Source of the DNA: Octopus vulgaris
Lineage: Eukaryota
Length of the DNA stretch: 64,000 nucleotides
Assembly (NCBI GenBank): GCA_951406725.2
Contig: OX597815.1
Span: 211,048,001-211,112,000, forward strand
Reading direction: 5' to 3'
Below, piece after piece: positions 1 through 11,785 of the stretch (the first letter of the stretch is position 1; every line of letters begins with the position of its first letter). The notes below the pieces were generated by a model. It ran no database searches and had not been told where the DNA came from. It was given only the letters and a program-made list of their open reading frames with translations. The translations under genes and the position numbers were made by a program.

Positions 1-384
1 AGAGCTGATGTATGTTTTAGACCTAACAATAAAGTCAAAAATTAAAAAGAAAAGAATATGAAAAAACATTAAGTGACTGCCTGCAGTGAATAGAAAATTG
101 AATATCAATTTCCCTGGTTGCTCTTCATTTTAAAAACATAAATCTATTGATTCTTTTTTAATTACTTTTCTCAAGGTGGGATCAATTAATTTAAGTTGGA
201 GTAATTATTACACTTCTAATAAATTAGAAAGTTTGAATTCATTGCTTGTTTCATGGAGCCATTTCCCTATGTACTTCTTTATTGAAATTGTATAGTTAAT
301 TTAATTTTTATCTAATAATTACATGATGAATGATACCTCATTACTTAATTTATGTTATATTATTTCTATGTTTATTTATTGCAG

Positions 385-470
385 ACAATTTGGAAATAAA
401 ACTCATTGGTAATGTTGATTGTCAAGTCATATGCAGCCAGCACCAGGGACTGACTTCTTCATTTGCATAA
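385..470 (+). CDS. Candidate terminal coding exon of an upstream host gene (..NLEIKLIGNVDCQVICSQHQGLTSSFA*)
   Basis: Pyrimidine-rich acceptor tttatttattgcag at 371-384, open frame of 28 codons to TAA at 468-470, ATTAAA/AATAAA shortly downstream. No homology recognised. Confidence 0.3.
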
Positions 471-635
471 ACTAGCTTTAAGTTGCAATTAAAAATAATT
501 GAATAAACATGTTAGATTCTTTATCAATTGTATACAGTCCAAAAGTTGTACATGCTGACCAAATAGAAGGAAAGCAGTATATATTAACTGTGAGAGTGTT
601 GGACAAAGAGAGAAGACCCCACTTCAGTCATCAGG

Positions 636-912
636 CTCAAGTCTGGGCAAGGTTGTTTATGGAAGACCAGCAGTCACCCATGCTCACCAGCCTCCCCTGT
701 TCATGCAACCGATGTTATCCAAGGGAAAGACAAATGCTGATACAGCTTGGCACCTGTGCTATCACAACTCATTTCTACAGCTGAGTGAACTGGAGCAACA
801 TGAAATAAAGTATCTTGCTCAAGAACACAGCACACAGCCCGGTCCAGGAATTAAACTTACTACCTCATTATTGTGAGCCCGACACTCTAACCACTGGGTC
901 ATGTGCCTTCAC
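636..912 (-). mobile_element. tRNA-derived SINE, family D (head GTGAAGGCRCATGG)
   Basis: A/B-box-like head followed by ttgagcaagaYacttt; homologous copies at 31350, 35033, 51274 and 55489. Confidence 0.75.
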
Positions 913-999
913 ATAGATAAAACACCTTTCAGCAATTCATTACAGCCTTTACTACCCAAATGATATATACAGTACCGTGCAAAAGCCTTTGGTCACTTC

Positions 1000-1480
1000 A
1001 AACTACAGTGTAACAACAGAAACAAGTAAAAGAGGGTAAAAAAAAGAAACAATTGAATCAGATGTTGCATGTTTTCAAAATGCTCAAAATGAAAAGTTAA
1101 AACTTCCTTTAGGGGTTCAAAATATGTTGTATAAAAATAGGCTCTTGATGAAATACTTTCATCTTTCTCTTGATTGCTTTGTAACACATTCAAGAAAAAC
1201 AGACTATTTGTGTAATTTACAAAGATTCATAGAAGCTAATCTTGAGTTCAAATTCTGAAATAAAAGTATGAGCTTCAGTCATATCATTCATCTGTAATTG
1301 TTTCTGCACTTTATTAAATTCAGAATATAATTCAGCTAAATGAAGCAGGTGATTTTTATACAGCTCCAATTCATTAGTTAATGATTGATCCATATCATTA
1401 ATGAATTCCACAGTTGAATCAAAAAGTTGAATTAACCTTTATAAGCATCTTACTCTGATATGTGAAAGAAATTGTTTACA
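1000..1480 (-). pseudogene. Decayed hAT-superfamily (Buster/SCAND3-like) transposase fragment
   Basis: Minus translation LSHIRVRCL*RLIQLFDSTVEFINDMDQSLTNELELYKNHLLHLAELYSEFNKVQKQLQ resembles the HTEVRWLS..CL.RF..LFD and YLADIF.KFN.LN.QLQ blocks of hAT transposases; contains stops. Confidence 0.55.
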
Positions 1481-1576
1481 GCATTCTGCATTGTTATCAA
1501 ATAATAATGCAGAAATTTGTGAAATAAGTGAAGGTTCAATTTTTTTTACCTTTTCAATGCTTAATATATATAATCA

Positions 1577-1963
1577 GTGGAGGTGCAATGGCCCAGTGGT
1601 TAGGGCAGCGGACTCGCGGTCATAGGATCGCGGTTTCGATTCCCAGACCGGGCGTTGTGAGTGTTTATTGAGCGAAAACACCTAAAAGCTCCACGAGGCT
1701 CTGGCAGGGGATGGTGGTGATCCCTGCTGTACTCTTTCACCACAACTTTCTCTCACTCTTACTTCCTGTTTCTGTTGTACCTGTATTTCAAAGGGCCAGC
1801 CTTGTCACTCTCTGTGTCACGCTGAATATCCCTGAGAACTACGTTAAGGGTACACGTGTCTGTGGAGTGCTCAGCCACTTACACGTTAATTTCACGAGCA
1901 GGCTGTTCCGTTGATTCGGATCAACTGGAACCCTCGTCGCCGTAACCGACGGAGTGCTTCCAC
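1577..1963 (+). mobile_element. tRNA-derived SINE, family A, tail type 1
   Basis: A box TGGCCCAGTGG, B box GGTTTCGATTCCC, then a central block shared with the copies at 2500, 42275, 44272 and 44946. Confidence 0.85.
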
Positions 1964-2179
1964 AAAATATATAATCAAAGGATTGTGTTGTTTTATGCTG
2001 AGATTTTTTGTTTTGACCAGAAAAATATGTATAAAACACAATGTAACCACATACATTAAAAAATTGTGTTTCAGCAAAAACCACCAGTCTTAGCCGCTGG
2101 GCCATGAGAAGCACTGCCATAACATTATTAAGTGGAATTGTACATTTTCGAAAATAATCCTTCAGACAAATGAAAATGT

Positions 2180-2388
2180 TTAACCCTTTAGCATTTAAAC
2201 CAGTCATATTCAGCCCCAGTTTTTTTTACCTGTTTTATGTCCACCTACCTTACCCTACAATGTCATTCTAAGAAACACAATCACATCATCAAAATCTCGG
2301 AGCCACAAGATAATTCACAATTAATTCAAAACAATGTGAATAAATAAGCTTTACATTTGACAGAATAATCTGAATGCTAGAGGGTTAA
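2180..2388. mobile_element. piggyBac-type MITE
   Basis: TTAA-CCCTTTAGCATT ... AATGCTAGAGGG-TTAA: terminal inverted repeats with a TTAA duplication. Confidence 0.8.
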
Positions 2389-2499
2389 AAGTATTTGGAG
2401 GGGGCAATTTCATGTAAAAGGTACTTTCAGCTGGCCCCATATTACCATTACCTTAAATAGGGCCCTGAAAATATTAGATCTCTCAGACACTGACTCATG

Positions 2500-2799
2500 T
2501 TTGTTCCTTCTCGAGCCATGCCTGGCTCATAAGAGCTGGTTTCCCGGTTTCCTTGCCATATAGGTTCCCCACCTAGATGTGACGCTGGTCCGTCGCAGGT
2601 GAGCTGCAAGATGCAGGAGGAAAGAGTGAGAGAAAGTTGTGGTGAAAGAGTCAGCAGAAGTTCGCCATTACCTTCTGCCGGAGCCTCGTGGAGCTTAGGT
2701 GTTTCGCTCATAAACACACGCATCACCCGGTCTGAGAATCAAACCTGCGACCCCTCGACCGTGAGTCACTGCTCTAACCACTAGGCCATGTGCCTCCAC
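2500..2799 (-). mobile_element. tRNA-derived SINE, family A, tail type 2
   Basis: Same head and central block as 1577-1760 in reverse orientation, with an unrelated 3' tail. Confidence 0.8.
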
Positions 2800-3491
2800 T
2801 ACACTGACTCATCCATTTGGATAGTAGCTTACATGTTGAAGTTATGAAGTTAGAGTATTTTATCAACATAGTATCTACTTTTATCAACATGGTATTTACT
2901 TAAAAGAGTAAACTTAAGAATAGATTTACAGTCCTTCAGTATAGCACTTTCTGTTTTCCAATCATGTGTAACATTCCATTTTTGCAGTTGAGGGATTTTC
3001 GTTCCCCTTTTAATATCTGATGATAATTTGACATGATATGAACAATTATTTGCATATTTATTCTTGACACATCTAGACAGGTTCAAATGCAAAATATGCT
3101 AGTTGCTGTAGTGTATGTCATAGGAGAAAAACTCCACCCTCCCTTTATGACAACGGTGTGTTCAACACACTCAGCTCATTGGTGTGCAGCATTCTGGGAC
3201 CCTGATGCTTCAACATGGGCCTTGTCAGACAGAAGTACCCAGAACTCTGAACCTAAATGAAGCAGCTGGTTTCGTTTAGGTTTTCAGCAAACAAACTGTT
3301 TAGTGCTTGATGCATATATCCTTCCAACCAATAAAAATTTGTTCTTTGCACTGTTCATTACATTCAAATTAAATTGGAACAAAAGCGGTGTATTTCAGCA
3401 GAAATATAACAGAAAGGATTAAGGTTGGACATTCTCCAGACATTTCTTTTATTTTCTCAGAAATGAAAAAATAAAAAAAAAATAGACCATT

Positions 3492-3978
3492 TACTCTTTT
3501 ACTTGTTTCAGTCATTTGACTGCAGCCATGCTGGAGCACCGCCTTTAGTCGAGCATATCGACCCCAGGACTTATTCTTTGTAAGCCTAGTACTTATTCTA
3601 TCAGTCTCTTTTGCCGAACCACTAAGTTATGGGTACGTAAACACACCAGTATTGGTTGTCAAGCAATGTTGGGGGGACAAACACAGACACACAAGCATAT
3701 ACACACATACACACATATATATACATATCGGTTGTCAAGCAATGTTTGGGGGACAAACTCAGACATACAAACACACACACACACACACATAAATATGTAT
3801 ATATACATATATACGACAGGCTACTTTCAGTTTCCGTCTACCAAATCCACTCATAAGGCTTTGGTCAGGCCGGGGCTATAGTAGAAGACACTTGTCCAAA
3901 GTGCCATGCAGTGGGACTGAACCCGGAACCATGAGGCTGGTAAGCAAGCTACTTACCACACAGCCACTCCTGCGCCTA
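3492..3978 (-). mobile_element. tRNA-derived SINE, family B (CORE-like, internal CA/TA microsatellite)
   Basis: Head AGGCGCAGGAGTGGCTGTGTGG, B box GGTTCAGTCCC, CORE-like CCTTGGGCAAGTG; internal partial duplication at 3729-3790. Confidence 0.85.
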
Positions 3979-4836
3979 TTTGTTTTTATCTGTAAACAAG
4001 CAAAGTGGTTTTTCATCTACCAAAATTCCATTGTATTATTTCCAAATGTCTATTCTCATACCAAACACTTATGTATTGTCTCATAAGTGATCAAAGGAAT
4101 AAAACCAAAATTCCAAATATTGTTGTAAATATTTATTCTTCATTGGTATTTATTGCTTTGGCATCAAACTAACATTAATGAGTGTTAATACCGATCCCAA
4201 ATTTTAATAATCTGAATACAATAACACATTAACTGATCTCATCAAAGTTGTAATAAGCTTAAGTTATGATTACAATATTAATTAATGTAATTAAATTATA
4301 AATACGTTATAATACCAACGTAGAATTTTCTTCCTGCATAGTCTTCACATTCAGTTTGCCAATTTTCACCTAGTACCATACCACAGCACAAGCAGGAATT
4401 GGCAAAAGCATAATACCTGACATTCTTATGATATTAGCTTACTGATATATATATGTAACCATGTATGCATGCATGTATGTATGTATGTATGTAATGTATA
4501 CACATATATATGTATGTACATATACGTGTGTGTATGTGTGTGTGTATATATATATATATAAATATATATACATATGTGGCATTGTCCGTTTTTCTGTCCT
4601 TGTTTCGTATACATTCGATCCTCTTTCCAAGAAATCTAATGCTCGTAGCTTAGTTTTTCCTTGGGGCTGGCCGGATCGGAGCGATCTCAAGATTAATCAA
4701 CCAAAATTGCGAGGATGATCCGGTTCTTGACTGAAGATTAGAGGCTTCGAATGACCTGTCCATTTTTTGTGTCGTCTCTTTGAGTGTTTTGCATTCTTGT
4801 CCCATTTTGTATTTTTATATATATTTTTTATACATA

Positions 4837-4880
<44 letters not shown>

Positions 4881-5134
4881 TAATAATATAAATAATGCAT
4901 ATATACATACATATATGTACATACCTACATTGTATATATACATGCATATATGGGTACAGGACATCAAAAAACGTGCAACACAATGAGAAATGAAAACATA
5001 AAAACAAAAATATAGAAACGAACTTTTTTTCAAACAACGAAAAAACAGAGTACAAGACATACAACATAAGGAATATTCCCCTTCTTCAGTTGTCCCTTTT
5101 TCGTCTACTCCGCATTTCGAAGGTAAGGACAATG

Positions 5135-5210
<76 letters not shown>

Positions 5211-5216
<6 letters not shown>

Positions 5217-5311
5217 GTGTAGGAACGAATGGAGCTGAACGAAGATTTAACAAAATTCCTTTATTATTTTGTTAAATCTTCGTTCAGCTCCATTCTTTCC
5301 TACACTTAATA
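5211..5311. repeat. Near-perfect palindrome, 46-bp arms
   Basis: tattaagtgtaggaacgaatggagctgaacgaagatttaacaaaat pairs with attttgttaaatcttcgttcagctccattctttcctacacttaata, one mismatch. Confidence 0.9.
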
Positions 5312-5463
5312 TATAAAACTTCAAATTTCTGCACTAAGGCACGGATTTTATGCCCCATGGTCGTAACTTCAACCGTGCTCTTTCTGTTGTGATTTTTGCT
5401 ACCCAGGTATTGGTTATCATTTGAATTATCCGTAATAAGATAATTCATTTATCTACTTCTATA

Positions 5464-5519
<56 letters not shown>

Positions 5520-5622
5520 ATATAATATATATATATAACTTAGAATAACTTAGAAAGGTTTTGGCCAGTATTGGCCCAGGCCATGTCTAACTTAATAGCA
5601 CCACCTGGTGAAGTCTTTCAGT

Positions 5623-8600
5623 TCAGGATTTGGGCACCAAGGCCCATTCGAGCAGAGAATTATTGTTTGCGGAGACATATCCGGGTGTGGGTGGTTTGTC
5701 CGGTACTGTTTGAAGGAATTTGTCCAAAGACTTCTTGAATTTTGTGTGGTCAGTTTCTTTTTTGACGTGCCCTGGTGTAATGTTGAAGAGAGCAGGTCCA
5801 ATTGAGGTGAAATAGTTGTGCCGTATTGTCATTACGTGATGCGATTTAGATTTTTGTTGTGGACGGATGGCACGTGGTCCTAGCCTTGGATGCATTTTGA
5901 AGGTGATGCCAACATCATTCGGGCAGTGCTGGTGGAATATTTTCCACATCATACAGATAATGTAGCGTTCACGGCGTCGTTGGAGTGAATACAATTTCAG
6001 CTTCTCTAGTCTACCCCAGTAGTCAAGGTCTGACATGCCATCTATCTTTTTTGTGATTGACCTTTGGGGAGCTTCAATTCTCATAATATTTTGTTTTGTG
6101 TAGGGAGACCACAGTGGACAGCAGTATTCAAGGTGGGGTCGGGCAAAAGTGGAGAAGAGAAGGATAATAGCGTGGGAATCTCTCGACTGGAAGGTTCTGA
6201 GAATCCAGGAACACATTCTGCGGGCCATGTCAACTTTGCTGCTTATATGCTTATATGTGTAGCCCAGCTTATGTTGTTGTCCACTGTTACTCCCAGGTCT
6301 CTGATGTTGTTGGATGCCATGAGAATTTCTCCAGAAGGAAGAGAGTATGGGAGTTTCAGAGCGTCCTCCCTTCCAAAGTGGATCAGTTCGAATTTGTCTT
6401 CATTTAGCAACATGTTATTCTTTTCCGCCCATTGGACAACAGCTAGTAGGTCTGACTGAAGGTTTATTCGGTCATCCACGCCATTGATGACCTTCTGGAG
6501 CTTGGAATCATCAGCGAAGGTTCTGATGTTGCTGTGTCAGTAATATCATTTATGTAGATGATGAAGAGAAGTGGGCCCAACACAGTGCCTTGTGGGACAC
6601 CACTGCTGACTTTTGGCTGGGCTGGATTTGACTCCTTCGACTACAACATGTTGGGTTCTGTTAGACAGGAAGCACTTGATCCACTGCAGCAGCTTTCCAG
6701 TGACACCAATATTGGACAGCTTTCTCAGAAGGATCTTATGATCAACCCTGTCAAAGGCCTTGCTGAAATCAAGGTAGATGACATCAGTATTGGAACCTTC
6801 TCCCAAGGCTCTCAAAATGTCATCAAAATGATGCAGTAGCTGCGTCAGGCAATCTCTCCCATTACGGAATCCATGCTGGTTGGGGTTCAGCATATTATGA
6901 CTCTCAAGGAAGTGAGTCATACGCGATCTCAGCACCCTCTCAAATACCTTGATGATATGAGAGGTGAGTGAGATTGGACGGTAATTTACAGCAAGCGATT
7001 TGTTTCCTTTTTTGAAAACTGGGACAACAGACTGGGATAGAAGGTCTTATGGTATATATCCAGCATCCAGTGAGTTCCGCCACAGATTGGCTAGAGGGGG
7101 TGCAAGTTGGTTTTGACACATCTTCAAGACACAAGCAGGGAACCTATCGGGACCTACTACTGAATTATGCTTCATTTCCTTTATTGCTGCTAAGACATCA
7201 GGAGCGCCAAATGTTATGTCCGATAAAGTGTATTGGGGAGTAACATCACTGATACAGCCCAGATCAGTCATATCAGGATTGCTGAAAACAGAGCAATATT
7301 GTTTCTGCAATATATCTCCCATGGTTTTGGCATTGTCTTGAAGAGTACCATTTTCATCAATCAGAGGGCCAACAGTAGAACCAGTGACTCTGTGTTTTTT
7401 TGCAAATGAAAAGAACACTTTGGGATTGAGTTTGATCTTCTCAATGGCCCAGGCCTCTTCAGCTCTTCGCTGACTATTGATGATAGACATCATGTTGTTT
7501 TGGAGTTTATGTTTTTTAATCTCTAGCGACGAGATGGCAGTCAGGTTGGTGTGTTGCTGTTGACAGTATTTCAGCATGTTGATCTTTTTGTTGATTCTTT
7601 TAATTTTCCTTATGAGAGATTTTCTATTTCTAGGGATTCGACACTTAGATTTGTTTGCAGATCTTAATGGGGTGTGTCTTGCACATATGTTCGTGATGGT
7701 ATCTACAAGTGACTGCCAGGACTTTTTGATGTTAGTGGGCGTGTATGTGTGCATGAAGGACCAATCGACTTGTGCAAGATCATTATTGATCGCTTCCCAG
7801 TTTGCATTGTGGAAATCCATAGTGTCAAATGGATGAACAGGAGGGATGACATTTGTTTTGCATTTTGGCCAGTGAAATCTCAGATCACAGAGAACCATGT
7901 CATGGTCGGAGAGTAGGGTTTTCTCCACTGCAATATTGTGGATAGTATCAGTGTGATTGCTGAAAATTAAGTCTAAGACGTTTTTGTGACATCTCGTTGG
8001 TTCGAGTACCAGTTGGGACAAGAAGAAGTCATCCATGAAGTCAAGAAGCGATTCCACTGCCTCCCTGTCAGGGGTTGAGAGAGAAGAACCTGGCGGCAGA
8101 CTGTTTGTAGACCAGTCAACCCCGGGAAGGTTGAAGTCTCCCATCATTAAAATGTTGTCAGGTTGACACTGCTGAATGAAACACTTTATGCTGTTGAGGC
8201 ATTCCTTGAAGCATGGTAGGGGCGTTTGGGGTGGTCTGTAGAGCCCAACTACTGTTAAGTTGTTGGTTTGACTGAATACAGCGACTGCTTTGCAGTATCC
8301 ATTGGAAAATATGTTCATGGCTTCTGTTGAGAATGAATCATGGACATAAATGGCAGTCCCACCCTTTCTTCTGCCAGCACGATCAGCACGAATGGTTTTG
8401 AAATTTTTAACTTTCACCTCGGCTTCCAAGTGGAGGTCACTAAGATGGGTTTCAGTGAGGACGAAGAAAGGGATGTGGTTTGGATGGGCCTCGACCCAGT
8501 CCTCCAGGAATCTTATCTTCCATTTTTGTGTATTGGTGGAAGGGCTGATGCCTTGGGCATTAAGCAGAAATGTTGAGGCGAGAGTGGATTGTTTTAAATG

Positions 8601-8639
8601 TTTTGGTGATTTGTTTATTTGATTGCTTTTTAATGGCAT
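5623..8639 (-). pseudogene. LINE ORF2: AP endonuclease plus reverse transcriptase, broken
   Basis: APE motifs LNAQG, LTETHL, GLYRPP, MGDFN, LDLIF, SDH. RT motifs [39 protein letters not shown] (about 6510), RDLGV, LYSLQRRRERY. In-frame TAA at 7047-7049; frameshifts near 6610, 6540 and 6245 (8-bp duplication gcttatat). Confidence 0.92.
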
Positions 8640-9891
8640 GTGCAGTGGGGTAATAGTGGTGGATGGTGGTGGGTGATAGCTCGGATGTTTTTTTCCAGTT
8701 CTTTTGCTAGATTCATTATAGCTAAAAAAGAGGAGGAAGAAGAGGTGGTTTCCTGTCTAGGGAACCGCAGGTGACTGTGGCCGCGGCTATTTTTATGTGA
8801 GTGGTTATCTTTAAATGTCCGACGAGTCCCCGGGAGATGGGTAAAGGGGCAATCCCTGTACAAACACAATCTGTCTCGCTGGGAATAGCGGCAGATTTGG
8901 GGATTCCTTGTTTGAGATATTGGTGGTTGTGGTGGTGTTGTATTATGGTGGTTGGTGTTGTAGTTTGTGGGAATAGAGCGTTTTGTTCCAGGTAAATGGG
9001 TGAATCTGCAGTCTCTATCAGTGCACAGTCTATGGCGAAGAGAATATCGGCAAATGATGGGGTTTCGAGTGGGTGTGTAGGTGCGTGTGCGTGTGTGAGC
9101 TGTGAAAGGTGTAGATGATAGTTTGTTGAAGTTTTGGCGACCTTTGTGACCGTAGGAGGTAAATTCCTTGAGATAGCATTAGTAGTAGTAGCTGTAGTAG
9201 TAGTAGTAGGTAGAAGAGATGTTGACAGTGGTAATGATTGAGGAGGTCGATTCCAAGACAAAGATGTTTGTCGATACATAGTGGGAGTAGTACTAGTAGT
9301 AGTAAGCAGAGGAGATGGTGTTGACAATGATGATGATTGAGCTGCTGGGGCAGTGAAAGGAAGGGGTGGTGCTTCCTGCTGTGTGACCCTGATGACTGGG
9401 GGGTCAATCGTTTCGTTTAGCAAATCGGCCATTGTAGATGAATCTAGGAGTGGTTCATCCTGTTGTTGTTGCTGTATCTGTTGTTGTTGTTGCCGCTGAG
9501 TTTGTTGTTGAGGTTGTTGTTGTTGTTGCCGCTGAGGTTGTTGCTGCTGAAGTTGTTGTTGTTGCTGTAGCTGTTGTTGTTGTTGTTGCCGCTGAGTTTG
9601 TTGTTGTTGAGGTTGTTGTTGTTGTTGCGCCGGTGATGCGTTCGAAGAGAAAACACATCTCAGTTTATCGAAGTGTTTATTTATTAATTTAAAAGCAACT
9701 TCGATTTGTTTTAATTTACTTTGTATCTGCTGTTCAGATCGAGTTTGCAAATGGTGAACTGTTCGTTTAGCAATTTCGTTCAGACACGAAGCACCTATGC
9801 TCTCTGTTTCGGTAAGGCCATGCCATGTGTTGATAAGAACGTCGACTTCATTATCAGACCAGTTTTTGTTGGATTTTTGGTGGCTAGCCAT
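8630..9891 (-). pseudogene. LINE ORF1: Myb/SANT-like N-terminus, poly-Q, S/T/P linker, two CCCH zinc fingers (frameshifted)
   Basis: NWSDNEVDVLINTW..IAKR..RSEQQIQSKLKQI. In the shifted frame, CRYSLRHRLCTDRDCRFTH (8996-9052) and CRYSQRDRLCLYRDCPFTH (8837-8893). Its stop overlaps the start of ORF2. Confidence 0.75.
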
Positions 9892-10271
9892 TCTGGTTGA
9901 TATGTTTTATTAAATTTTATTTTGTTCGTTCGTTTTGTTGATTACTTTTAATTATTATTATTATTTTTTTTTTTTTTTAAGGAGAAGTATGTAGAATTGA
10001 TTGTACAGAATGTTTGTTGTAATACTGAGAAGTTTGTATTTGAATTATGAGCTTGTAGTTATTTTATCTTTCTTTTCTTTTCTTTTTTTCCCCCTCTTTT
10101 ACTAATTTTGAATGTGTGGGTGATCCTTTAGTTATCAGAAGGTGTTTGAAAATATTTGGTCGTTTGAAAATTATGAAAATAGTTTGTGGTTAAGGAAAAG
10201 TCTACTCACGAGTTGGGAAAAAGCGTGGTTTCAAATATACAGGAATATATGTGATGGTCAATTACGACGAA

Positions 10272-10640
<369 letters not shown>

Positions 10641-10709
10641 CTGATATATACATATATTTATATATTCACACATATATATGCACGCACATACATATATACA
10701 TGTATGTAT

Positions 10710-11785
10710 GTATTATTCTTAAGCAAGAATATTATTGAAAGTGACATCCAAGTTTCAACCAGTTAAGTCATCACCAGATTGTAATGCATTGAAGTTAATA
10801 TTAGCTTTATGTAGTCTTTGTTGAGTTAAAATCTTCCATGGGTATGTGGGTTTCAATGGACTGATAATTAGGTTATAGCGTGGGTTGTTATGGAGAGGTG
10901 TTTTGGAGAAATTTTTATTAATTAAATTTGGACTTATTTTATTGTATATAATTTATTCATGTATGTAGGATGTTGCATGCAGGGTTAAATGCCCATAGAA
11001 CAATAAAACCTAGAGAGAAGCATACAGACCAACAACCTTTAAACCTACCCACATCACCTTGGGAACATCAAAGAGCAAGATAATTAAATTTTTATACTAA
11101 TAATACCATGACAACCCACATCTTCTAAATAAGACAGGAAACACCCTAAAAAGAAACTGATGAGCTAAAACATACTGCCTACATACATTCTATTGTGAGC
11201 CCCTAAAAAATTCCATTTTAGAAAAGTTGACACACCTAAGTTTTTAATTTTTAGACACTGGAATGAATTTTGAAACATTGACATTTACATTGCCTTTACT
11301 TTGACTTTTATATTACAAAATTCTATATACATTAATAAGTTGTAAACAAAAACATCACACCAAATTTAATCAATGAAAATTTCTCCAAAACACCTTTCCA
11401 TAACAACCCATCCTACAACCTAATTACCTCTCTACTCAAACCCACATCCCCAAGGAAGATTTTGACTCAATTGATACTATATAAAGCCAAGATTAACTTC
11501 AATGCATTGCAGTCCAATCTAGGCTTAACTGGCTGAAATTACAAAGATGCAGCACGGAATTTTGTCAGTGAACAGGTTGCGGTCTCAAAGCAATGAAAAT
11601 ATTTTGACAAATTAAATTTAAATGTTGAAGTGAATCTAACGGATTTTGTGTGTTTCTTAAATGGCTTACAAACACCTTCCACGTTACAATTGTTTTCGTT
11701 CCAGCACACGATCTCAGATCAGGTCACTTCCTATGCAAGTGCATCTCCATAATAAAGTAATATTCTTGTTTAAGCATAATAAATT
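10710..11785. mobile_element. Old element with long diverged inverted repeats
   Basis: 10760-10930 is the diverged reverse complement of 11360-11535; outer arms 10712-10737 and 11756-11781 also match across the insertion at about 11540-11751. Confidence 0.55.
11540..11751. mobile_element. Small insertion with short TIRs (Tc1/mariner-type MITE candidate)
   Basis: TA-CAAAGATGCA ... TGCATCTCCA-TA; interrupts the right arm of the inverted repeat. Confidence 0.45.

Noticed and set aside
1577-1655. tRNA genes at SINE heads (also 43632, 51274, 55489)
   Set aside because: A/B boxes are present, but there is no complete acceptor stem or T-run terminator; each continues into a SINE body.
4720-5130. 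Hammerhead ribozymes (CTGAAGA motifs at 4731 plus and about 5085 minus)
   Set aside because: GAAA is mutated or in the wrong order, and stems could not be formed convincingly.
8722-9891. Host poly-Q transcription factor gene
   Set aside because: Intronless, directly upstream of and overlapping LINE ORF2 within the element boundaries; better explained as ORF1.
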